NCBI GenBank assembly: GCA_003226295.1
Contig: CP029803.1
Location: 1,481,477 to 1,545,476, forward strand
DNA from: Candidatus Moanibacter tarae
Lineage (GTDB): Bacteria > Verrucomicrobiota > Verrucomicrobiia > Opitutales > UBA2987
DNA length: 64,000 nt
Reading direction: 5' to 3'
The notes under the pieces are model-generated. The model searched no databases, had not been told where the DNA came from, and saw only the letters and a program-made list of their open reading frames with translations. The position numbers and the translations under genes were made by a program. The stretch's first letter is position 1. Each line of letters opens with the position of its first letter. Below are positions 31,553 through 41,723 of the stretch, piece after piece.

Positions 31553-32449
31553 CTACTTTGCAAGCAGCGGATCACCTATGTTCATCAATGGAAGCGGCAT
31601 CGGACTATCACCATCTAGAAAATATAATTTTGTCGAGGGATCCTCGCTAATTTCCTTTAGAGCCTCAAGAGCTTGAAGCTGCAAATAGGCGGGATTAGAA
31701 GCGATCGCTTCATTAATTTTGTTGATCTCATAGGCTTGAGCATCTGCCAGAACCCTCCTTTGCTCTGCTTCCTCCTCAGCTGCTGCTCGCGAAGCCTCGG
31801 CCGCAACGACCTTTTGATTCATTTCGATTCTCACTCGTTCCAACTCTGCCTTCTGCTTCTCTACCTCCTGTTCACGTGTTTTCTTCGCTTCGATTCCCCT
31901 TGTTATGGCAACCGGTAAATTGATATCACGAATCAGTACCGCTTGGACTTCAATACCCTTCGCGGTTAGGTAATCCTTAAGAGCCACTTCCAAAGATGCT
32001 TGTAATTGTTCTTGGGTATCTTCTAGAAAAAAGTCTTCAGCACGCTTGATCGTTTTCCCCTGCTCGCGCAGTAAGGAGCGAAGTGTGGGTAGCAAGTGAA
32101 CTGTCACCGCTTCTCCAATGGAACCAGTTTCCTTGAGAATGCTTGGGGCCATCCCACCAATGATCCTGTATTGTACGCTGGCATCAATTCTTGTCTGAAG
32201 CTGATCCTGGGAAGGAACGCTCGCAGTCTCCTTAAGTGTCTTTTGACGAGTGTCAAAAAACATCCACTTATAGAGAGGGTTAACTGGAAAATGGAGACCT
32301 TCCTCGTAGGGCCTATCCTGGACTTCTCCAAATAATGCCGCCACTCCAACGTGGCCCGCTTCCACAGTTACAATCAGTCTCGAACCAATCAGGAGGATAA
32401 CACCAACAATGATTACGGTTCCAATTAGAGGCCATGAGGTAATATTCAT
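31553..32449 (-). CDS. SPFH/band-7 (prohibitin/HflC-like) membrane protein
   Basis: N-terminal TM helix, SPFH core, and a C-terminal Ala/Glu-rich coiled coil (AAEASRAAAEEEAEQRRV). Confidence 0.8.
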   Translation of the reverse strand: MNITSWPLIGTVIIVGVILLIGSRLIVTVEAGHVGVAALFGEVQDRPYEEGLHFPVNPLYKWMFFDTRQKTLKETASVPSQDQLQTRIDASVQYRIIGGMAPSILKETGSIGEAVTVHLLPTLRSLLREQGKTIKRAEDFFLEDTQEQLQASLEVALKDYLTAKGIEVQAVLIRDINLPVAITRGIEAKKTREQEVEKQKAELERVRIEMNQKVVAAEASRAAAEEEAEQRRVLADAQAYEINKINEAIASNPAYLQLQALEALKEISEDPSTKLYFLDGDSPMPLPLMNIGDPLLAK

Positions 32450-32496
32450 TTTCCTACTATCCTTTCTGTGCGCGCTGTACTTTAGTTATTCAAGAA

Positions 32497-33693
32497 TCAG
32501 TCTGTCCGTGCAGCTAGTCTGTTCACGATTAATTTCCCTATATTAAGTGATGCAGTAGCAGCTGGAGAAGGTGCGTTGCAAACATTAAGCACTTGTTTAT
32601 TCCCTTGAATAAAAAAATCATCAACCAATTCCCCGTCAGAGGCAAGCGCCTGAGCCCGAATTCCGCTTGGTGCTGGATAGATCTGATCCGCACGGATATC
32701 AGGTACTAGCCGCTGTAGAGCCTTCACAAAAGCTTTTTTGCTCAGAGAACGGTGGATTTCACCTAACGCAGTCCGCCAGTATCGCGTCGCTACTTTCCAA
32801 AACGCGGGATAGCTCAGAGTTTCGAAAAGATCAAAGGCATTGAAGTCTATTTTCTTGTAACCCTCACGTGCAAAAGCAAGGACAGCGTTTGGTCCACATT
32901 CAACAGCTCCGTCGATCATTCGGGTAAAGTGAACTCCCAAGAAAGGGAATCGGGGATCCGGTACCGGGTAGATTAAATTCCTGCATAAATGGTAGGCTTC
33001 CTTTCTCAACTTGAAGTACTCTCCCCTAAACGGTACAATCTTCACTTTCGCGCTTTCACTCATAGATGTGACTCGGTCCGAGTGAAGGCCAGCACAATTT
33101 ACTAAGAATCTTGAAGCGAATTCCCCTCTCGTCGTTTCCACAATGATCTCATCTGAATTTCGCTTCAACCCAACCACCCGCGTGTTTTTATGAATTTCTC
33201 CCTCATTCTCAAGAATTCGCCCACCAAGGCGCTCGCAAACCTCAACAAAGTCAATAATTCCTGCCTCCGGCACATGGATTGCTTTAATCCCCGCAGCATA
33301 AGGCTCGATTTCTCTCAATCTCTCTGGCCCAATTAGTTCACACTTTACCCCGTTGGCTTGCCCCCTCTCGTATATCCCATCTAACCTTCCCAGTTCACTA
33401 TCGTCAACCGCTACGATAACCTTTCCGCAGATTTCAAAAGAGACACCCTCACTGCGGCAGAATTCTTCCATTGCCAACTTCCCAAATCGACAGTTCTCTG
33501 CCTTGAGCGAACCCGGCCGATAGTAGATTCCAGAGTGGAGAACTCCTGAATTATGGCCCGTCTGATGTCGCGCCAGTTCTCCTTCTTTCTCCAATATGAT
33601 AACCTTCTTATCCGGATACCTCCTCTGGAAATTGTATCCTGTCGCCAGCCCCACAATTCCACCGCCAACGATGATTAGTTCAGCTCTTTCCAT
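32497..33693 (-). CDS. lhgO: L-2-hydroxyglutarate oxidase/dehydrogenase (FAD-dependent)
   Basis: IIVGGGIVGLATGY dinucleotide fold followed by HQTGHNSGVLHSGIYY, characteristic of LhgO/YgaF. Confidence 0.75.
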   Translation of the reverse strand: MERAELIIVGGGIVGLATGYNFQRRYPDKKVIILEKEGELARHQTGHNSGVLHSGIYYRPGSLKAENCRFGKLAMEEFCRSEGVSFEICGKVIVAVDDSELGRLDGIYERGQANGVKCELIGPERLREIEPYAAGIKAIHVPEAGIIDFVEVCERLGGRILENEGEIHKNTRVVGLKRNSDEIIVETTRGEFASRFLVNCAGLHSDRVTSMSESAKVKIVPFRGEYFKLRKEAYHLCRNLIYPVPDPRFPFLGVHFTRMIDGAVECGPNAVLAFAREGYKKIDFNAFDLFETLSYPAFWKVATRYWRTALGEIHRSLSKKAFVKALQRLVPDIRADQIYPAPSGIRAQALASDGELVDDFFIQGNKQVLNVCNAPSPAATASLNIGKLIVNRLAARTD

Positions 33694-33778
33694 TCTTTTA
33701 AATAGTTTTAATAACTTACTCAGACCACCAGATGTTGCGTAGCCAACGGCTGCACTTTCCCTTCCCTATATCACCTCA

Positions 33779-34774
33779 CTATATTTCTCCCGCATAACCA
33801 AATAAGGCGGAAGTCCCTCCAGTATGCCAGAACAACACCGTTTCATCCGATGAAATGTAACTTTTGCGTATCAGATCAATCATCCCGCCAAATGCTCTTC
33901 CCGTATAAACCGGATCGAGCAGCAAGCCTTCCGTTCCGGCGCAAAGCTGGATCGCTTCCCTCTCCATGTCACCCACGACTCCATAACCGCCTCCAAGATA
34001 ATCGTAACTCAGTTCATAGTCCGTCGGACCGAATTGCTCCTCGCTTCCAATTAGCTTCGCTGACTCATTAGAGATTTCTGCTAACTCTCTTTGATAAGGA
34101 AGGTCATCCAACTTCTCTTGGTCCACACTGATCCCCAGAACCTGACCAGAGAATCCCGCAATCCGAGCACCCAGGGCCATCCCGGCCTGAGTGCCCCCAG
34201 AACTGGATCCAAATACAATCCGATCGACCTTTTCACCTAATTGCTTAAGCTGCCCTTGCAATTCAACCATTGCCCGGACATATCCCAATGCACCCACACC
34301 GTTCGATCCACCAATCGGAATCACATACGGCCGCCGTCCTTGCTTTTTTAGATCCGCCGCAATCTCATCCATTTTTACACTTCGTTTCTCCTTTTCCGTA
34401 AAGTGTGCCCGAGCACCCAAAAGCCGATCTAAGAGAAGGTTCCCATTCCATATTTCGGGTTCTTCCCCTCCTAAAATCAAGTCACAATTTAATCCTTTAA
34501 GTGCAGCCACAGCCGCCGTCTGACGACAGTGATTGGATTGAGGAGCACCTGCAGTCAGTAACGTATCAGAACCCTTCGCAATCGCATCCGCTACCAGGTA
34601 TTCAAGTTTTCGGGCCTTATTTCCTCCAGTCGCTAAACCCGTCTGATCGTCGCGTTTAACTAAAATTCTTGGTCCCAAGAGAGATTTACTTAAGCGTGGA
34701 AGCCCATGAACTGGAGTTGGTAACTGTGCAACGCAAATTCGCGGAATATTATCGAAGTCATTAGGAAGCGACAT
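33779..34774 (-). CDS. PLP-dependent D-cysteine desulfhydrase / ACC deaminase family enzyme
   Basis: KRDDQTGLATGGNKARKLEYL with the PLP-lysine context (GGNKxRKLE), and a tryptophan-synthase-beta-like fold. 331 aa. Confidence 0.8.
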   Translation of the reverse strand: MSLPNDFDNIPRICVAQLPTPVHGLPRLSKSLLGPRILVKRDDQTGLATGGNKARKLEYLVADAIAKGSDTLLTAGAPQSNHCRQTAAVAALKGLNCDLILGGEEPEIWNGNLLLDRLLGARAHFTEKEKRSVKMDEIAADLKKQGRRPYVIPIGGSNGVGALGYVRAMVELQGQLKQLGEKVDRIVFGSSSGGTQAGMALGARIAGFSGQVLGISVDQEKLDDLPYQRELAEISNESAKLIGSEEQFGPTDYELSYDYLGGGYGVVGDMEREAIQLCAGTEGLLLDPVYTGRAFGGMIDLIRKSYISSDETVLFWHTGGTSALFGYAGEI

Positions 34775-35208
34775 GGATTTTCCCTTTCTTTGCCTCTTTC
34801 TCTTTCCACTTGATCAGACAGTCCACAAATTATTAAGCCAGTATTGCTTGTTGAAAACTCAAAAAATCAAAGTAGAGGATGCGGAAAATCTAGACAAACA
34901 CAATTCTGTACATTTCCATCCGGACCCGATAGTTATGTATAATCTCTTTTTGGACTATCCGCCTGTTAAGTTAAAATACGTCTAATTTGCTATGTGCCAA
35001 ACGTCTTTGGCCAACCTTTTTTAATGAACCTTCGCTAAAAGAGTGAAAATTCTTTCGGATACAACTTTCCTTTCAGTCTAAATACAAGATTGACACAGAA
35101 GAAATCACCATTTTTTCATCACGAAATTGAAGAAATATCTTCACCCAATCCATTTTTTGACAAAGGAACTAATTCTTTTTCGGCTAACCACGAAAAAACA
35201 GAAACACA

Positions 35209-36135
35209 GTGATTGAATCAGATCATTTGGTAAAAGATTTCGGGCTGATACGTGCCGTCGATGATGTTACGTTCAGCGTTAAAAAGGGAGACATTCTGGG
35301 TTTCCTGGGACCCAACGGCGCCGGGAAGTCCACCACCATGAAGATGATCACGGGCTTTCTTTCACCTACTTCTGGCACGGCTAGAGTGGGGGGATTTGAT
35401 ATACACAAAGATCCAATCTCGGCTAAGAGACTATTTGGTTATCTTCCTGAAAGCGGACCAGTTTATCAGGAGATGACTGTCTTGGAATTCCTCGGATTCA
35501 TTGCCGAGCTTCGGGGATATCGCGCATCAACTGAAAAAGCCCGCCGAATCGATCGAGTCGTCCAGATCTGCCACCTTGGAGAGGTTAGAAATCAGCCAAT
35601 CGAAACACTAAGCAAGGGCTTTCGTCAGCGAGTCGGGCTGGCCCAGGCAGTTATTCACGACCCACCCTATCTTATTATGGATGAACCAACCGATGGTCTA
35701 GATCCAAACCAAAAACAAGAAGTTAGACGATTAATTGCATCGATGGCGGAGGAGAAGGCTATCATCTTATCCACTCATATACTTGAGGAAGTCCAGGCAA
35801 TGTGTAATCGCGTCGTCATCATTACGCGGGGTGCAATTATTGTGGATGAAAAACCAGAGGAATTTCGGCAGCGCCATCCAAGATACAACGCCGTTCAACT
35901 AAACATCGCAGAAGGCCAATCATCTATAGAAATCAGGAAGGAACTGGATGAACTTCCGGAAATTGAGGAGGTACACGAAAAAAATGGAGCCATTCTCTTA
36001 GTGCCATCTGATGGCAGGTCAATAGATTCCCTCGTTCTCCGAATGGCGCAGGAAAAGAATTGGGAACTTAAAAATATAGAAAAAACCCCCATCCGCCTTG
36101 AAGATGTATTTTGGAATCTAACACACAGTAATTGA
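35209..36135 (+). CDS. ABC transporter ATP-binding protein (GldA-like, ABC-2 type)
   Basis: Walker A GPNGAGKST, signature LSKGFRQR, and Walker B LIMDEPT. Confidence 0.85.
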   Translation: MIESDHLVKDFGLIRAVDDVTFSVKKGDILGFLGPNGAGKSTTMKMITGFLSPTSGTARVGGFDIHKDPISAKRLFGYLPESGPVYQEMTVLEFLGFIAELRGYRASTEKARRIDRVVQICHLGEVRNQPIETLSKGFRQRVGLAQAVIHDPPYLIMDEPTDGLDPNQKQEVRRLIASMAEEKAIILSTHILEEVQAMCNRVVIITRGAIIVDEKPEEFRQRHPRYNAVQLNIAEGQSSIEIRKELDELPEIEEVHEKNGAILLVPSDGRSIDSLVLRMAQEKNWELKNIEKTPIRLEDVFWNLTHSN

Positions 36136-36174
36136 ATTTGTCTCTGCCTTGAACACAAATTATAGTAAGAGCAA

Positions 36175-36900
36175 ATGCGTATCATATTTACGGTCCTAAA
36201 ACGAGAATTCCTGGGCTATTTTCGGTCACCCGTAGCCTATGTCTTCCTTATTGTCTTTCTCATCGCATCCGTTGGTCTTTCCTGGTTCGTGGGGAGTTTT
36301 TTTGAAACTAATAGCGCCAGTCTCCTTAGTTATTTCTATATTCAACCATGGATCTTTCTTTTTCTGATCCCAGCCGTCGGCATGCGTCTCTGGGCGGAAG
36401 AGAAACGTTCCGGAACCTGGGAACTGCTCTTTACTCTCCCCTTGTCTGTTACTCAAGCCGTATTTGGTAAGTTCCTCGCTGGCTGGGCCTTCATCAGTCT
36501 CGCGGTCGTCCTCAGCTTTACTATGCCTCTGACCGTAGGCTATCTTGGCGACCCAGATTGGGGCCCAATTTTTACCGGCTATTTCGGTACTATCTTAATG
36601 GCGGGAAGTTATCTCAGCATCTGCTCATTAACTTCTGCCCTAACCAAGAATCAGGTTATAAGCTTTGTTCTAAGTGTAATCACTTGTCTCATCCTAGTTT
36701 TCCTAGGTTGGAGCGTTTTTAATGACTTGATGCTGGCAGCTAGATTTCCTGTCTGGCTTGTAGACAGCTTTTCTAGTTTCAGTTTTCTGACTCATTTTGA
36801 ACCAATGGTGAAAGGACTCGTTACGGTGCGTGATACCCTATTTTTCCTTTCCGTTATGGGTTTTTCCCTTTTCGTAAATGTGCTGGTACTAGAACGTTGA
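36175..36900 (+). CDS. ABC-2 family transporter permease (GldF-like)
   Basis: Six predicted TM segments, 241 aa, directly after the ATPase. Confidence 0.7.
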   Translation: MRIIFTVLKREFLGYFRSPVAYVFLIVFLIASVGLSWFVGSFFETNSASLLSYFYIQPWIFLFLIPAVGMRLWAEEKRSGTWELLFTLPLSVTQAVFGKFLAGWAFISLAVVLSFTMPLTVGYLGDPDWGPIFTGYFGTILMAGSYLSICSLTSALTKNQVISFVLSVITCLILVFLGWSVFNDLMLAARFPVWLVDSFSSFSFLTHFEPMVKGLVTVRDTLFFLSVMGFSLFVNVLVLER

Positions 36901-36914
36901 GTTGATCACTTACT

Positions 36915-38813
36915 ATGAGAATGAAATCCAAGTGGGTCGCCTTTTTTCTCCTTTTGATCGGCCTTACTCTCATAACTGTCATCGGGAATTTCATGCCTGG
37001 ACAACTAGACTTTACCGAGGACAACATATATACCCTGTCCGATGGTAGCCGCTCCCTTCTCGAGCAAATCGAAGAGCCAATAACTCTCGAATTCTATTTC
37101 AGCCGCAGCGTAGAAGACGTCCCCAAATACCTCAAGGATTTCGCAACTCGAGTGGAAACACTCCTTCAACAATACGAGAACGCTGCTGGCGGAAAAATCG
37201 AGCTTTCTGTTATCGATCCGAAACAAGACACGGAGGAAGAGGAGGCCGCAATACGATCAGGCATCACTAACCAGCTGATTTCTAGCGGGGGAAGTGTCTT
37301 TTTCGGACTCTTGGTGATTCACGCCGACCAGGAAGAGACGATAGCCTTCTTTGATCCCGCTCGCGAATCTTTACTCGAATACGACATCTCCCGAAAAATC
37401 CATCACGTCCAGCAATACGAACTGCCCAAGCTCGGTGTTGTTTCTGGACTCCCCGTAATCAGCCAGCTTGTTCCGGGTATGATGCCTCCTGGTCAGCAAA
37501 TGCCACAGGATTGGGTCTTCATCGAAGAACTCCGAACTAGCTTTGAGATCCAACAGATCGAGACTTCCGCCGATAGAATTCCAGATGATATCGACCTGCT
37601 AGCAATTATCCATCCCCAGAATCTTTCCGACTTACTACTATACGCTATTGATCAATTTGTCCTCTCTAGTCGACCTGCATTTATCGCCATTGACCCCTCA
37701 TCGGATATACAGAAATCACAAGTGGGGCAACAGGCGATGATGCGGGGAATAAATCTCACTTCTAGCGATCTTTCTGAACTTTTCGACAGTTGGGGTATCG
37801 AATTTGATCCCCTCTTCTTCGTAGGAGATCTTAAATACGCAGCGACCGTTGCCGCTGGAGCCAGTCAAATACGCTATCCTGCGTGGCTACTCATTGACTC
37901 CTTCAATTCCGACACTCCGGCTACCGCTCAACTCAATTCCGTCCTTCTGGTCGAGACCGGAAGTTTCAGAATCGTGGAGGGTTCGGATAATGAGCTTACT
38001 CCTCTGTTGACCAGCTCTAATCAAAGCGGCTCACTCACTAAGAGTATACTTACCTTTGGCGGACCAGATGAGGTGTTCCGACAACTTAAGCCCACCGGAA
38101 TTAGACACACCCTGGCAGGAATTGTTCGCGGAAACTTTAAATCCGCCTTCCCGGAGGGGAAGCCTAAAAAAGACGAAGAAATTGAGTCTGCTGAGGAGAG
38201 AGATAACCCTTCCCTTATGCTTCCCGACGAGGATAGTGAAACATCTTTCAAGGAATCTGAACTTACGAGTACCGTAGCCATCATCGCAGATACAGACTTC
38301 CTGGCTGATCAATACAGTGTTCGCCGTCTTAATTTCTTTGGTCTATCCGCGCTCAGGCCTCTCAATGATAATCTCAACTTTGTTACCAATGTTCTCGAGC
38401 TTCTCTCGGGAAGCGAAGACCTAATTTCACTCCGAGGGAAGGGAACAGCAATTCGACCGTTCACGGTCGTTCGGAACCTCGAGATCAAGGCGCAGATGAG
38501 TTACCAGGATAAGTATGAATCTATCCAAAATGAACTTAACGAAATTCAAGATCAGTTGCGAAATCTACAGAATGATCAAGCCGAAAGAGGAAAGTTGGTC
38601 GCAACACAAGAAGTTAGAAACGCTATCGTAAGATATCGTAAAGAAGAAGCCGACAAACGTGCTGCCCTCCGTCAAATTCGAAAGAGACTTCGGGAGAAAA
38701 TCGAGAGTCTAGACCGTCGGCTTGCTCTCTTCAACCTCCTCACCGTTCCAGTACTGATCTGTATTTTTGGTCTAAACTTTTTCGGCAAACGCAACAAACG
38801 ACAAAAGAACTGA
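36915..38813 (+). CDS. GldG-like ABC-transporter-associated auxiliary protein
   Basis: N-terminal and C-terminal TM helices flank a large extracytoplasmic domain, and the protein ends in a coiled coil plus a TM helix. The position after the ATPase/permease matches the GldA/F/G arrangement. Confidence 0.65.
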   Translation: MRMKSKWVAFFLLLIGLTLITVIGNFMPGQLDFTEDNIYTLSDGSRSLLEQIEEPITLEFYFSRSVEDVPKYLKDFATRVETLLQQYENAAGGKIELSVIDPKQDTEEEEAAIRSGITNQLISSGGSVFFGLLVIHADQEETIAFFDPARESLLEYDISRKIHHVQQYELPKLGVVSGLPVISQLVPGMMPPGQQMPQDWVFIEELRTSFEIQQIETSADRIPDDIDLLAIIHPQNLSDLLLYAIDQFVLSSRPAFIAIDPSSDIQKSQVGQQAMMRGINLTSSDLSELFDSWGIEFDPLFFVGDLKYAATVAAGASQIRYPAWLLIDSFNSDTPATAQLNSVLLVETGSFRIVEGSDNELTPLLTSSNQSGSLTKSILTFGGPDEVFRQLKPTGIRHTLAGIVRGNFKSAFPEGKPKKDEEIESAEERDNPSLMLPDEDSETSFKESELTSTVAIIADTDFLADQYSVRRLNFFGLSALRPLNDNLNFVTNVLELLSGSEDLISLRGKGTAIRPFTVVRNLEIKAQMSYQDKYESIQNELNEIQDQLRNLQNDQAERGKLVATQEVRNAIVRYRKEEADKRAALRQIRKRLREKIESLDRRLALFNLLTVPVLICIFGLNFFGKRNKRQKN

Positions 38814-38819
38814 ATACGG

Positions 38820-39968
38820 ATGAGATTGAAACGTATTTGTCTAGCTATTGCGATCCTCGGTACACTCGCCGCACTTGCATTATGGATCGATCGATCACAA
38901 TCCCAATTAAAGACGAAGGAGAAACCGGTCGGAGAGAATTTAGTTGCACATAAAACCATAGAGTTAACCAGTGAGATCTTACTCGGTGATTCCGATTTAG
39001 AAAACAAAGTGCATCTTAAGCTGGAAGATAACATCTGGATTCTTCCCGAATATCACCAATTCCCTGTAGATTTTAACAAACTAAAATCTTTTGTTAGTTC
39101 TCTCCTCAACGCAAAATTTATTCGACTAGTAACACGAAATCCGGAACGAATGAAGCAACTTGAATTCAATGAGAATACGGTTCGGTTCATATCTGCCGAG
39201 GGTGAGAATATCTGGTCGCTTATCACTGGAAAAGGGAATAACGCTGGAGGCCGCTTCGTTAAAGTCCAAGATTATGATGCAGCCTACTTGTCCGATATCA
39301 GCTTATACATCGACACCGATGAGAAAAACTGGGCCCAAAAGAAACTCCTCGACATCAAACCGAATCACGTCGAGGTCGTAAAACTAGATTACCCCGGAGA
39401 AGATAGATTCCTTTCTATTGCCCGCGCGACACATGATTCTATTTTTTCCTCTGAGAACATCGCTCAGGACCAGGAAATTAATGACTCAGCGGCCAAAGAT
39501 CTCATTCGCACCCTCATAAATGCCAGATTCTCAGACGTAAAGGAACCCGATAATCCAGACGCTCTGGCAGCCTTTGAAAACTCCCAACATATCGAGTTTT
39601 TTCTCTTTGGTGGTGAAACCTTTTCGTTCCGAATTGGCCGTAACCCGGCCGGATTCATAGGAAAAACAGAGGCCCCGGGGTCACCCGAGCCTGTCGAAAC
39701 TTTGAAATCCGAAGAAGGGCCTGATACGGGAATCGCTGACTTCGAAACCTCCGACAAGCCGGATGTGCCAGGGATGACTGATCTGAGACCTGTTTTTATT
39801 TTTTATTCAACAGCAAATTCCAAGAGCCAGCTCAACGACCTCATGAAACGCGTCTCTCTCTCCTATTCTGACTACACCTTTGATCAGATCAACGAGTCCA
39901 TAACGAGACTCATCCAAGCCAAGAAGGAGCCCAAAGAACTGGCTGAGGAGTCTAAAGACAGCTTGTAG
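38820..39968 (+). CDS. DUF4340-like protein (GldG-associated)
   Basis: N-terminal TM or signal segment and 382 aa. Follows GldG with a 6-nt gap, the conserved partner arrangement. Confidence 0.55.
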   Translation: MRLKRICLAIAILGTLAALALWIDRSQSQLKTKEKPVGENLVAHKTIELTSEILLGDSDLENKVHLKLEDNIWILPEYHQFPVDFNKLKSFVSSLLNAKFIRLVTRNPERMKQLEFNENTVRFISAEGENIWSLITGKGNNAGGRFVKVQDYDAAYLSDISLYIDTDEKNWAQKKLLDIKPNHVEVVKLDYPGEDRFLSIARATHDSIFSSENIAQDQEINDSAAKDLIRTLINARFSDVKEPDNPDALAAFENSQHIEFFLFGGETFSFRIGRNPAGFIGKTEAPGSPEPVETLKSEEGPDTGIADFETSDKPDVPGMTDLRPVFIFYSTANSKSQLNDLMKRVSLSYSDYTFDQINESITRLIQAKKEPKELAEESKDSL

Positions 39969-40258
39969 AATAATTCAGAATAGCAATATAGAGAGAATTG
40001 CAGGGCATCCGGACCTTCGAAAACGTTTAACACCTGCTAACATTTGATTAGTGGCCAGCTGTGCGACAAGATATGCCAATAGAAATCGAGCTAGCGGATC
40101 TGATGGAATGTCTTGGGTCGGGGCAATTGCGGAAGCATCTTATGCTGAGTACGAAAGGATTGGATAAGAAGCAAACGGCTAACAGCCTCTTCAGTTAGCA
40201 TCTTCGCCATATGTTGACATTCTCCGTCGGTTGCGCAGGATTAGAGTGTAGTGCGCCA

Positions 40259-40534
40259 ATGGGAAATCGAAGACAGAAGATTTTGATCCTCTACCTCGAC
40301 AATTCGGCCCTCGACAGCAAGGTTCTGGCCTGGACGCAATACGACGGAACCGGCAAATCACACCCGACATACGGAGACAGTGATTCCCCACCCTATGAAT
40401 CGGGATTGGATGCTTTGTTAGACGGATGGCGTGTCATTCAATTCCCGCAACTGATTCCGTCTGCTCCCGGGGCAGAATACTCGACTTCGTTCATGCAATT
40501 TGAATACATCTTCGAGAAACTTGAAGAAAGCTAA
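40259..40534 (+). CDS. small hypothetical protein translationally coupled to downstream PhyH-like oxygenase
   Basis: 91 aa ORF (MGNRRQKILILYLD...DGWRVIQFPQL). Its stop lies 4 nt before the ATG of the next gene. No recognisable family. Confidence 0.4.
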   Translation: MGNRRQKILILYLDNSALDSKVLAWTQYDGTGKSHPTYGDSDSPPYESGLDALLDGWRVIQFPQLIPSAPGAEYSTSFMQFEYIFEKLEES

Positions 40535-40538
40535 AAGT

Positions 40539-41375
40539 ATGAGAAATCACCTCTTGGACTCGCAGCAAATGGCACGCTTCGCCGCCCTCGGCGTGCTTCG
40601 CTTTGATAAATTGGTTCCGGCCGATTTGAACACAGCCGCGCACGAGGAAATGGCCGAATCTAATCCCCAGCGCCTGGCGGCCGGCACGCCGCTATCGGAG
40701 TGTTTTCCTGCCCCCTCCGCCATTGGCGAAATCATTCGGCTGCCGCAGATCCAAGGAATCATTGAAAGCTTAGTAGGCCCCGGTTGCGAGTACGACCACC
40801 ATTCTATCCACACGCGGGAACCCAGGCAAGTGATAGCACAAAGCATTCACGGTGACGCCATCATCGACACCCGGATGCATTTCGATATCCAACTACTCTA
40901 TTTTCCGCATGATGTGCCACCAGAAATGGGAGGAACGATGCTGATACCCGGCAGCCACTTCCGAAGAATCAACTGTTCCGACATCGCACGCTACCAGAAC
41001 TTCCTGGGGCAGGAGAAGATGCATGGAAAGGCAGGAACAGTGTTTGCACTGCATCACGGCATCTGGCACGGAGGAGGACGCAATGAGACAAATCGCATCC
41101 GATATATGTTCAAGCTGCGGCTGAATCCTAAGGTTCGCCAAAAGCGCCTATGGGATGTGAGTGATATTGATCAACAGAACTCAGGTGGGGAAAAAATCAG
41201 ATCGGAGATCAAACGCATCCTAGGTAAGAAAGAGTCATGGTTCGAGTTCGCGGACGGCCAGCTGGAAATTGTCAACCGGATCAAGTTTTGGCGCTTCCTC
41301 ACCGGGGATGAAACCTTCGACACCGGATACTGGCTGACGCGTATCGAAAATATGCCAGAATCCGTAGCAGGCTAG
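40539..41375 (+). CDS. phytanoyl-CoA dioxygenase (PhyH) family oxygenase
   Basis: HGD (HxD) then LIPGSHFRR and a distal HHGIWHGG. This is a second paralog of the 4939 gene. The start is taken at the internal ATG after the upstream ORF stop. Confidence 0.6.
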   Translation: MRNHLLDSQQMARFAALGVLRFDKLVPADLNTAAHEEMAESNPQRLAAGTPLSECFPAPSAIGEIIRLPQIQGIIESLVGPGCEYDHHSIHTREPRQVIAQSIHGDAIIDTRMHFDIQLLYFPHDVPPEMGGTMLIPGSHFRRINCSDIARYQNFLGQEKMHGKAGTVFALHHGIWHGGGRNETNRIRYMFKLRLNPKVRQKRLWDVSDIDQQNSGGEKIRSEIKRILGKKESWFEFADGQLEIVNRIKFWRFLTGDETFDTGYWLTRIENMPESVAG

Positions 41376-41723
41376 GATGGGACGCAGTAGCTCTCACAAG
41401 ACAATTACCCCCTGGAAACGGATATACGGGTTCCATGTTAGGACAGAGTCTTGACGGTGTCCGACGCCCCAACAACGGAAAGTTGCACCTGGATAGGAAC
41501 TGTAATTCGTAAGGTTTTTAAAGGCAGTGAAACGGGAACGGATAATTCGAAAGCAATCCCAATTTGTTTGACTTAAATACCAGTTTTTTACCCTATCCTG
41601 TCTACGGAGCGCCTACTGATACAGGCTGGGTTGCACGATGGGAAAGAGACTTTTTACCAACGGATTTCGGTCCTATCGTGCCGCTGAGGTTGTGCTGAAA
41701 GTATCCTAATTATAAAGGTCCAG

